Positions 49,501 through 62,200 of a stretch of 64,000 bases of DNA are shown here, piece after piece (position 1 is the first letter of the stretch; the number at the start of each line of letters is the position of its first letter). Source of the DNA: Lingula anatina. Its lineage: Eukaryota; Animalia; Brachiopoda. A model generated the notes under the pieces. That model was not told the DNA's origin, made no database searches, and was given only the letters and a program-made list of their open reading frames with translations. Made by a program: the position numbers and the translations under genes. The stretch spans positions 10,478,001-10,542,000 of the forward strand of contig CM120642.1 in assembly GCA_051362555.1 (NCBI GenBank), given 5' to 3'.

Positions 49501-52500
49501 AACTCCATTGTTGCAGGTGTCAGCTGTAATGAATGGTACAGAAACCATTAGTTTCAACTGCTCAGAGATCGTGTCCTTATCCACAACCTTGACAGATTTC
49601 ATCAACCACACAGCAACCAACTTCAACATGTCTGCCATGACCAGTTGTCTGATGGCCTCTCAAGATGTTTCCAAGATGAACACCACAGCTATGTTATATG
49701 GCAGCTGCGTGCAGGCAGCTTCCACAGGGGCTTTACCCATGTTTGCCTACATGCAGGCATATTTGGAACTGATGACTGATTATTATGGAGTGATGGAGGA
49801 AATGATGTGTTATGGAATGTCTATGAACGTTACTGCATTGATGACAACTGTGACACAGTTGCAGAGTGATCCTGTTTTTATGACAAAGGTGGGTAGGAGA
49901 GTGCGTAAGGTGAAAGTGGCATTTATGTATTTTCTTGAATAGGTGAAAGTGGTATTAATGTATTTTCTTGAATAAATGAAATTGCATTTTAATATTATTG
50001 TTCAGTTCAAATCCACAAATTCAGTTTGTAGACAATCCCCATTAAAGCAGCTCATATGTCTCTGAATCACTTGCCAGTTGATTATTATATATCCTGATTT
50101 GACATGCATGTACTTATTGTTAAGGTATAAAAACTAGAATAATTTGGCTTCAAATATTTTGATTTAAAGAAGTTTGTAATAATAATTTATTTATACATTT
50201 GGAAACCTTAAGTTGAAGTTTTCAATTGGGACTTATTTCATGCTTCTTACATCATTAAAAAGATATGAACTGCAGCTAAATTAAAGTTCTAGCTTGACAT
50301 ATATCTTTTAAGATAATTAAAATTGTTAAGGTTATTACACAGATTGTAATAACTAGAGAATAAAAATAAAGAAGATATAAATGATATAAATGCCATTATA
50401 TAAATGCCATTATAGAAAATAATCTGTAGTCTTATGGGTTAATTTGGAATTTGGAAAGATCTCTCTTATCAAATTTTTTTATGTGCAGATGGGAGAAATG
50501 ATGACCATGAATTTCTCTTCTCCGGTTAGCTGTGATAGTTTGGCTAGTAATTTCCACTCTGTAATGACAAAGATGAACACCACCGTGCACAATGGGGCTG
50601 CAATGTTCACCAAATGTATGGCCCCAGACATGGCACATATGGACTTTGGAACAATGTGAGTTGATGAATAGCAGGACATAGAGCTGCAGTCAGAGAAGAG
50701 ACAGGCTTTCTGACAAGTTTTGTGTAAAAGCATTCTTCTTGCAAAGGGCATTTTTATCTGTGAATTGACATGAGGTAGAAGGATTAATTTACAGATATGA
50801 TTCCTTCTATGACTTTTAGTTTGTAGCTTTAAAAGGGTCCTTAATTTATCAGAATGTCTGTATACAGTTTGTGCATGTTAATCACATGTTTGATCTCGTA
50901 AACCTTTTTCATTTACTTTATACAGAAACTGTATTGAGCAATAGGATATATTATTATTTAAAAAAAACTTGCTGTGTAACTCTTTCACTATTCTTTCACT
51001 TTTCCCATGTTCCAGGATGAAGCAGATGCTTGTCCAGGTCAATGGGTACATGAGCTCTGATCCCAATATGGCCACCATATGGACTCCTATGTACTTGGTA
51101 CTACAAAATGTCCTCAGTAACAGCACTTGGGCATGTAAGTCCATTGGGGGTATACATTGTGAAATCAAAATCATAGTTACCCATCCTATAAGTTAGAGCA
51201 TTTATTAAATAATAGCATGTTTTTGCAAAAAACTTACTGTCATTAAGCATGTGCTACATTTACAAATATTTTAACTACAATATGTTACATACATAATTTT
51301 AATTTATTAATTATTTCCCCTATATTATTTCAGCCATGACCAGCTTTTCCTCCATATTAAGTATTAATCCTGGTCACCTGCCTGACCTGGCTCAGATCAG
51401 TGGAGCTTCCTCACAGTTGATTGCAGCACTCATGAATTCTACATTTAATGTTAATCCGGTAAGTGCATTTATTATTGCTTTAAAATTTATTATAAACCCC
51501 GTCAGTTGTTGATCCAGCAGGGTTATAACTACTGAAATTCAGTACAAATCAAAACTTGAAATTTTCTTTTGGGCTATGTTAAGAATTTGGAAATGAGATT
51601 CTTTTCATTTGTGACATATTATGTTAATTGTTCATTATAAAAGAATATGTTAATTGCAAGGAATAGTGATTATAAAAATCTTTTATATGAGAGTGAATCA
51701 GATATATGACCAAACCTCCTAATCATTTTCAGACAACCATAGCAGCAATGAGCCGAAATGACTTAGAGTCTGTCCTGTGTAATGTGACAGCCCTCAGTCA
51801 GGTGATCTCTCTCCACCCCGCCTTTCAACTGACAACTGCCAACATCAGTGCTGCCATCTGTGGGCCAAATAAAAATGAAACGATCAACACCCTTGCTCAG
51901 ATGCTGGACATCCAGAAAGTCGCCATGGCCGTAAGTTTCTTATGTAGCAGTTATAATAACATATCTGTGTTGTGTGTCAACGGTTTCACACTACAGGAAG
52001 AGAAGGACACAAGAACATGAAACATGACCTTTGGTTGTTATATCATATTTATTATACTATTCTTTTGTAATTATTTTTAATTTTTATTGAGAAGATTATG
52101 AAACTAATGATGTTAAATGTCGGTTTAATTTCGTCTCTCATTTAAATGATTTCTGATGTCAGTTTAATTTTGTCTCACATTTGATACAATATCAGGTATT
52201 TGTAATTATTTTTTTCAGTTTAAATTAGTTATCATATGCCAGAGTGAAAAGTTATTTATTTGGTGAACTTGTGATAAGAATAAGCTGTGAGGAATGAATT
52301 ATTTTAAAATAACTGTGCTTTTTCTTTTAGTTTTTGGAGACAGGCGTACCTTCTTCCTTCAACTCACAGTGGGCCTTGTCTGTGCTGAACACTACAACAA
52401 ATCTGGTGACCAGCCTGTCAGAATTCACTCAGATTGCTACACTGATGACCAACTTCAATGTGGAGTCCCTAGCAGCAGCAGCACCTAGTCTGGTGGCTTT

Positions 52501-55500
52501 CTTCAATGGTGGAGGAGCAGAGACAGTCTTTACCAAGTAATTTTTTGTCTTATTGCATATATCACTGTTTGCATCTCTCCTTTAACTCTTTTCTCTTCTC
52601 CATACCATTTTTAAGAACTGACATTTAAACTCGTTCACTAATTTATGATTACATCTAGAATGAAACATTTAATTTAGAACAATATTATTCTTTTTGAGAA
52701 AGTGGACTAGTATTTGGGTAGATATTTAGTGATATTTGCATGTGTATATTTACATATAATTTGATGTTGTTACAGCCTGGATCTGCTGATAAATGATTTC
52801 AAGAACATAGTTAGCAATGACAGCACTGCTCTGGCTTTGTTGAATGATGCACAGATTATGTCTGCTGGCATCAAAGGTCTCTACTTGCTGCAAAACTTCT
52901 TTCCATTGCAAGGTATGTAAAACCCTTTTAAAACAAAAATTGCAATCTCACTTAAAACAGTGTCTATACATATTGCCATTGTATATTAGAATTAAGCTTA
53001 GTTGCTTAGTTATCATATCAAACTGATTTACATTTTTAAGTACATGTGCTTTTTCTGTTCTGAATTTCAGTTCAACTGAAGCAAGTGTTTTTGAATGAAA
53101 CAGCTATGGAGGTATTCCTCACTGACACAGTCAACTTGCCCAGTGCTGTCGCTCAGGAAATCCTGGAGGCTAACTTGTCTTTTGCAGAGGTAAAAACAGT
53201 ATAAAGGTCAGACTACCTTGAAGATTTCAAAGCAGAAGATGAAGATATTGTTTGCACTTTCGTGCATTTGAAATTTATATGCACTCCTTTTTGTAAGTAT
53301 ACTTCTGTGAGTGCATGAACACAGTTTACGTAGTTTGGGATTCCTGTGCCACAGCAGGAGTTTTGCATCACAGGACAAGGTGTGATTTCCTCACCACACT
53401 AGGTGACAGCTTGGTGGAAAAGTGTATTTGTATAAATTGTTATGATTTTTAGACAAATATAGACTGAACTCACATCAACACCTTTATCCTTTTTTTGTGT
53501 TTGCAGCTTATAAATATTATTTTCCAATGAATATTTATAGTTCTAGTTGTCAGACAGACTGTTTAGGTGTTTTCAGTTATTCAAAAGGGATTTTAATTTC
53601 AGATGATCAACTTGGGTCAAGCAGATCTGAATGTTAAGAGCATATTCTGTGATCCTCAGAAGCTTGGGAAACTGCTCATCCTTAACAACACAGTGTCCAA
53701 TGGGGTAACCATGGCAACTGTTTCCACAGCCCTCTGTGCCATGAATGAGAATCAGACTGCAAGTATAACCCAGCAGCTACTCAGCATGTTGGAGGTTGGA
53801 GAACTTGTCAAGAGGGTAATTTTTGCAATTTTGAATCTTATACACATATTATACATTTTTCTAAGAAATATAAGATCTCCCTGAATAAAAAGAATAAGAA
53901 AGGGCTACAAGTTAATTTGAATTATAGAAATTTAATTTGGACAGAATTTATCAATAGAAATATTTGGAATTTTATAATTGAATATTTCAATTTTGCTTAG
54001 AAGTAATTGGAAAAAAACTGTAACAACCTACCAAGTGAATATAAATGGGAATATTTTTAATTTAATTTTTTTCTACATCATGTAATACTGTTATTCTCTA
54101 TTTTTACAGTTTGTTACCTCTAGCGTTGACTCCTTAATTCATCAGTATAACGTGTCATCAGAAGACGTCAGGAGTGTGTTCCAGACAGGGACCAGTATTC
54201 AACCTAACCTCACTGTTGCCTTGAGCTCTGTCACCAACTACACTAATGGCTTGAATGTCTTCAATTCAGCTGATGGTACTATATCTGGTAGGTTCTCTTT
54301 GAAACAATTATGATAGGAAATTGATAAACTATCTACTGTGGTAAGTACCCACTGGAGATAAGTGCAGTTTTAAAGGTATAGTTCATAATGACATTATAGT
54401 TCATTTTCTCCAGTATTCCTTGGTTATAGAACACACCTTGGGACATATTATAAGTTGTATGTAATATGTCCCTATGTAATACTTAATTACACTCCACTTT
54501 CACTTGTTATGTCTTACCTGTAAAGGCAAGTGTATCTTGATGGGAGTTTAACTCCTTGCTTGTACAGTTAAAATTAAGCATAGAGATTTTCTGATTGATA
54601 AGATCAATTCCAAACAATAATCTTTCTTCTAGGGGCACAAGCTGTGCAAGGAATGTCTGAAATGCTATGTGGGACAGAGACCGCCTTCGACATATCATCC
54701 TCGTTTTCAAGGGAGTCTGCCACTGGGGAGAGTCCCAGCACCAGCTCTTCCACTACCAGCTCTGCTCTGTCTAGTGTGGAAATACCTACAGACCTTCCAG
54801 CCTCTTGTGAGGCCTTGTACCAACAGGTGTGCTGGGAATGAAATGTTAACAAAGAGAAATGAGTGAATATGGATGGATGTGTATAATGGGTATATAAAGT
54901 AATGAAATATTGAATTTAAGAGGAGATATAAGTAGGTATATTTAATGTACATATCACACTGGCAATTTTGAAAATCTTATTTTAATCCTTTCTGAAATTT
55001 GTGACTTGCCTTTCACCATTTTGTATATAAAGCAGGCAAACAATATTGCACAGATAGAAATCATTCTGTGGTGACTGTACTTTGGCCTTTCTGTGACAAA
55101 AGACCAACATTCTCCCATGTTCCTTGGCTGTGATCACTTTCACTTTTAATTCATAGATCCAGAGTGTTGACTCTGGTGCCATCATCTGGACATACATGGA
55201 ACCATTGATGCGAGGGAAGGTGCCATTTTATCCAGCCACATCAGAATATGCTGCCATTATGTCTGAGGTCAGATACATGTTTATTTTTGTATAGAATTCC
55301 TAATAGTAACTGATGTAAGAGTTTGGGATTGAAAAAGTGAATAAATTCAAGAAATGGAAAACTTAACAGATGTTTCAAAGTTTCCATTTCATTTTCATGT
55401 AGCAAATAAATCAAAACAATAGGTGATCTGATTTATCAGTTCTATCCAGTCATGTGTAATACATGGGAATAATTGCAGCCAAGTTGTGGTTTTGGTATTT

Positions 55501-58500
55501 AGCATGTTTTATGCCAGTGCATAATGCTTTGGAATGAAATTTTTAACTTTCTCATCTTTTAAAGAGCAACATTTTCTAGATATAGATCTATAACTTATAT
55601 TCAGCAATATTCCACATGCAATTTAACAATAGACTAAGAAATGAAATATTTCTTTTCACAGACCAACTCTACTTTTGAATCCCTGGCCACATTTGTTGAG
55701 TTAGCCAAATCCTGGGCTAATGGAGTCACTGGTCTTCAAGAACTGCTCAATATTTCCTCCCAGATGATAGTTATAGAGGTAAAAATGTTCAAACTCTTCA
55801 TTCATTTATTTATGTGATATTTTGCCATTTAAAGAGACAACTATCAGTTTCAGTGTTTTAGTAAGTGTGTATTAATAATGAAGACATCCATATGTTTTGA
55901 ATAAAACGTGTTATTTACTAACAATCTGGTTTGTTGCTATTATAAATTTAAGATGGATTTCCAGAAATTAGAAAAATTTTATACATTTTGATTGATGTCA
56001 TTATTCAAACATCTACAAAAAATTTCAGAATTTACTTATTTGCAGTCACATCAGGAAGAGGATTGACCCTTTATTTATCAAAATTGAACCTTAATTTTTC
56101 AGAATGCATTGAAAAGTAACTCTTTTGTTGGCGGTGCTTTGGAAAATGCCTTTGGTGTCTCAGTGGACGACATGATGAGCAGCTTAAACAGCTTTTCATC
56201 CTTCTCAGCAGAAGACCTGACCAAACTGAAGGCAATGGCTGACCTGATTGTCAACTACACTGAGTGTTTTGATTTGGACCGTATGGAGGGTTACGGCTCA
56301 GAGGCAGAGCTAGAAGACAGAGTGCAAGCATTGGGATCTGGAAGTCTTATGGGAGGTTAGTTTGGAATTATCAATTATCAAGTGTTTTATGGTATTTGTT
56401 TCCATTGTACAGTATGATCATGAATAATGTGATAGATAATTTGAATACATAATGAATTATACTTATCAGAACACTGAATAATAATTATAATAATAATAAT
56501 AACAACAAACAACAACAAACAAACATTCAACATTAATTGCATTCCAATTATTGCTTAAATTTAGAGCATATGGCAAATGGGACACTTGACCGCAATCAGT
56601 TTTCTGTTTTTTCCTTGCCTGACTTTGAGGTTTTTCTATTTCTATTTAGCTGTGGTGTTCAGAAACTCCTCCAGCAGCACCAGTAGCAGGAAGAAGAGAG
56701 CTACAGCTTCCATCCCTAAGCATGTCAAGTATGAGATTAGGATGGACATAGATAACGTGGCCAGGACGGATAGAATGAGAGATCTGTGAGTATCTTTGCT
56801 ACACATGATTTTTGTCAACAAACTCATTTAACAATGTTACCATTTTATTGAATGAAGTTTAAATGATCAACATTATTACTTTTTATTTAATAAATCTCAA
56901 ACATGTCTGGGCCAGTACTGGTTGAACTTAGCATATTTCATACTTTCATATTTTATACTAACATGATATGTATTTTTTTAATTTTTTTTTACTTGTTAAT
57001 ACAGGTGGAGAGATTATAATTACCACATAAATGAAAAAAAAAAGAAAAGCCTTTTCTCTGTTTTTTGAGTATGTTATTGAAAATAAGAGAAAATATTTTT
57101 ATAGCATTATTTATTTGTTCATTAAATAATTTCTTTATTTGTAGTATTTGGAGACCAGAGCCGTCTGATGATTTTGGGGAGGACATGAGGTACATGCGTG
57201 GTTTTATCCAGCTCCAGGAGATGGTAGAGCAGGCAGTGATCAAGGCACACACAGGGAAGACTGATATACCAGCAGTTAACCTACAGCAGATGCCTTTCCC
57301 ATGCTATGAGAAAGATGAGTGAGTACTGAAAAGCAATTCTTTACTTGTATATAGGACATCCTTTTGTAAATACTTCCTCTACACAGTGTTAGTTATTCTA
57401 CCAAAAGACATTGAAGAGAATAACTACCAATTTTAATTCTATTTGTTAGTACTTTGAAAAGATTGTGCTTCATGTGCGTACCTATTGTTTCAGCTTTATG
57501 TACTACATGGCCAATTACCTGTTCCCTGTGATCATGTGTCTGTCCTGGCTGATAGTTGTAGCTGTGTCTGTGAGAGGGGCTGTGTATGAGAGAGAGAAGA
57601 GCAGGATGGAGGTGAGTGGCCAGAACTTGACATGCCTGTTTGTTGTATTGAAAATGACATTTTCAGAAGTGCTCTATCTTTTGGGTTTTAAATAAGTTTA
57701 AAACACAGTTCCAAATTAAATTTTTTAGTTAATTTGGAAGCTATTTTGTTGGGGTTTCACATACTTATGGCTATAATAAAAACTACAATTTATGTGGGTT
57801 TATTTATTTGCTACTCTTTTTGCATTGACAGCAAGGCTAGTGGAAATCCTGATATCTTTTAAATATATTAAGCAAAATATTGATAACATGGAAATTCTAC
57901 AGGTGGAGTCTTTTTTTAAGTAATTTCATTTCTATTTCAAATTTGTAAGATTATAAATATCATGCACTAAATCATGGGCCTTGGCTAATACATGATATTA
58001 ATATGTCTTTACAGTATGTGTTTTATGCGTATCATTTCTGTTCCAGATTCTCCAGATCATGGGCCTCCGCCCTATACTCAGCTGGCTGTCCTGGGCCTTG
58101 CTGGTCTTTGTGGAAATGCTGATCTTGTCTATAATGGCACTATTCCTGCTGAAGGTGTCTGGGTCTCTCAGGCACACTGACATGGGGATCTTCTTCCTCT
58201 TCTGCTTGGACTTCTCCCTGGCATCCATGGCTGTGAGGTGGGTCATTGCAGATAAATGGAACTTCTGAAACTGTTAATGGCTTGCTCCTGAATCTCTGGT
58301 TCATCTGTAATAAAACTTATTAACATAAAGGTTTTTTTTCCTTCATTATGACTCTGAAATTTTATTTGGATTTTTCTTTTACAAAACAGGACTATATTTT
58401 AGTGAATGTATGTGTGTGTACAGTGGGTGGGGGTGTATTAAGTGGTGTTTAGTAGCAAGGTACTTAGTAGCTGTAAGAATGCCATTATTTTCAGTTTGAT

Positions 58501-59221
58501 GGTGGCAGCCTTCTTCACCAGTCCTGGTCTGGCCAGTCTCACTGCCGTCATGGTCTTCCTCATCATGTACCTGCCTTATGTCATAGTCATCAGCATGGAG
58601 GTGCACATTACCTTGGCTGGAACAGTTATTCTTGTGAGTGAATTATATTTAACAGGAAGCCTAGAATCATGTTTTTATTTATCTCTTAAACAATATGTAT
58701 AGATGATATGCTATGATCGAATTAGCCTTGTTATGCTTATAATTTGGTCTTTATTGAATGGACATTCATTACAATGTGATTGCAGGGATTGCTTTGACTG
58801 GAGTTGTGGAATGATGCTTTTAATGATGGTTTTCCAATTTTTCTCATGAATTTTTTTTCTTCAACTACATTTCATTTTAATGTTATTAATCATTTGGATG
58901 CATAATTTTATAACCAATAAATTATATTTTCATTACCAAACAGCAAAAAATTTTCTTGCAGTGCCTGTTCTCCAACACGGCCTTTGCCTATGCTCTGGCC
59001 ATCATGGGACGGTATGAACAGCAGGGCGTGGGCATCAACTGGAATAATGTGATAGTTAACCCGTACAAAGGAGTAGACATGAGCTTTACTGGAGCCTGCA
59101 TCATGATTCTAGTGGACGCTATTATATACCTGTTGATAGCGTTGTTTGTCCTTATTGCTGTACCAAGTGAGTATAAAGTTCTGTTGCATAGAACTATAAG
59201 TTAAATGTCCAAGGTCTGAAT

Positions 59222-59276
<55 letters not shown>

Positions 59277-62200
59277 TTTTGTTGTGCCAAATTAGTATGA
59301 AATAAAAAAAAGGTTTTTTGGCACTACAAAAGAATAAAAGTAGAACAAAGTAATGAACACTTTATGAATCTGATGCAATAATTTTGTGACTTAGTTCTGG
59401 CCACTGCCTGCATAAATGATGTGCAGCTAAGGTGGACCACTGATGGACTGCATGGTGATTTTCTGTTCACTAAATGTGGCCATAACTTTAAAAGGAGATT
59501 TTCCCAGTAATTGGCCTTGATCATTTTTACGATACCCATTCATAGACTGTATTACCCATTACCTCATACTCTTTTTGCTTCTTTTTATTGATATCCAGTC
59601 AGAAAGTATGTTATTTAACTATTAAATTTTATTGTTACTGATTGTCTCTTGATGTTCTTTTATAGAGATTAAAATGAGGCTCAGAAAAAGGAACAAAGTA
59701 TCTGATGAACCTGGAAATTCACGGTTTATGTTCTGTGAGTATCATTTAAATTTAAAGATATTTCCAACCATATTATGATAAAATGCTAGCAGAAGTGCAG
59801 ACATCACTATGGGGAAAAGAATACCAGAAATATCAGCATTTAATTCATAGAGGGTTACAATTTTTTCTATGAAATGAGAGTTGGTTTCGCTTCTTTCAAA
59901 TTGACAAGATAATTTTATCAAATTAGATTTGTCAAACTTTTGAAATGAAAAAAAAAATCACAATATTTATCTTAACACTAACATAAGAAAAAACAAATGG
60001 GTGTTCAAATATTTTTTCCATTAAATAAACATTGAAGTATTTAATAGGTTTTTTAACTGTATTATGATCAACACCATAAACTTTCAGCTGCTGATTCTCG
60101 TGTGGTGGAGCCCCAGGTAAATAGCCTCCCAGTAGGTATTTCACTGACAGGTGTGACCAAGGTGTTTACAGAGAATGGCAAGGTGGCTGTGGATGACCTA
60201 ACACTGGACTTTTATCGTGGTCAGATCACTGCTTTCTTAGGCCACAATGGGGCTGGCAAAACCACTACCATGTAAGTTGGTCCCTTTGACCATATATTGA
60301 TTGTAAGTGCTTGTGTTTACTGCCATACTTATACTAAATAAAGTGTATTTTTAAAAGAAAAAAAGAAAAACTGTAAAAAAATTTAATGGACAGAAACATT
60401 TTATACTTAAAGCAGTACATATGCTTTGGGATGTAGGCTAAGCATGAATATTTTCCCTGACTGATAATTTCAGAATGTTATTCTAGGCAAAAATAATGCA
60501 AAAAATGGTCACTTTTTTATTTGATTCATAATGATTACATGCATGCAATGTTACGCAAAATCAGTAGATTCTAATTATGTCAGAATGAACCTGTAGGTTA
60601 CATTAGAAATTTATTTTGGTAGCAACATGCTGACTGGTATTGTGGCCCCCTCTCAAGGTACAATCGTCGTTGATGGGAAGGACATCTCTAAAGAGTTCAG
60701 TAAACTGAGGGGACATGTGGGATACTGCCCACAGGAGGATGCCTTGTTTAGCTAGTATGTATTAGTGTTTCCACTTCATTTATCTATTTTTATATTAAAA
60801 GTACATGCATATGTGAGAGGTATGGTTAGAACACTGTATGGATAGTGTTCCATGCATGTGTATTTATGAGTCTCCATATATGCTTGATTGACTGTGCAAT
60901 TATTTGAGTTGCTTTGTATGAATGCTTGGGAGTGTTGCTCTTTTCTTTGAAATGCTAAAAAAATGTGCAGCAGCAATATTTATAGATCTTGCTTTTTGTA
61001 TAGTGTTGATAAATCATTTTTCTACAAACATTCTCTGTCATGACCAAATCCACATCATTGGTACACCATATCCATATATATCTAAATAAACAATATATCC
61101 CTGATATTTGTATCTTAATGTTTGTCTTACAGTCTGAATGTCCAGGAGCACCTTATGTTCTTTGGCAGACTCAGTGAGAAGTACAGCAAAAGTGAACTGA
61201 AAAATAAAGTGGAAGAGATGCTGAAGGATATAAAGATGGAACATGTTAGGAAGGAGGTGGCATCTAACTTGTCTGGTAAAATTTAATTTTCTTTTCTTTA
61301 AGTTTAATTTTTATATAGTTTTTTTGCTTGATGTGTTTCTCTCAGTAAATAATAATTTGCTCATAATAACATAATATTGTTATGAAATTATAACACTTTT
61401 TGTATTTCTTTGTTATCAAAAGCGTAATGTCAGTGTGCAGACTATTTTCTGTATTATTTTAAAACTTGTTACTTATGACTTTTTGTCTTTATGAAAAAAA
61501 ATACACATATATTCTATGCAGTTAAAAAAAAATTTGCACGTGCTGTTGTTTGGCGTTGGAGAAGTCTGTATGTGTTATATGAAATAGCTTGGTTTCTGTT
61601 TATGCTATACTTTTTCTAGGTGGTATGAGGCGTCGCCTGTCAGTTGCTGCAGCTTTCATCGGTGGAGCAGAAACCATTGTACTGGACGAACCAACTGCTG
61701 GTGTGGACCCTGCTGCGAGGAGAGCAATATGGGAACTGATATTGAAATATAAAGAGGGTAATTATGACATGCATGCCTTAAAAGCTGTTTATTTCAAATA
61801 GGCACAAATATATAACATGTCTCAGTTTGCAAAGTGAAAAGAAAGATAATTTTTTTAATTGGTATGTTTTTTTAAAATTGGTACCTCTCATAAAAACGTA
61901 CTGGCCCTTCAGATTTATCACACTGCAGCAGGGTAATATCTAAATCCTATTATTTTCTGTTTGAAGGCAGAACAATTCTGTTGTGTACCCACCACTTGGA
62001 TGAAGCAGACGTTCTGAGTGACAGAACAGCCATTATTCATAAGGGCAAACTCCTATGTGTTGGCTCTCCCTTGTTCTTAAAGAGACACTTTGGAACTGGA
62101 CATAAACTGACCATTAGTAAGAAACCAGGAGCAGTTGGTGAGTTAATTGATTAATTTATATATACACACATAGTATACAAATCATACATCATACATATGT

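Larger units (their letters stand above)
29455..57318 (+). other. Expanded ABCA extracellular domain 1 (about 45 exons, roughly 2,500 aa) built from repeated exon modules
   Basis: A chain of phase-compatible 70-370 nt exons rich in N-x-S/T, Thr, Ser and Met. Exons with C-x24-28-C recur at about 31593, 33713, 35683, 37374, 39534, 51733 and 53603. Confidence 0.85.
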
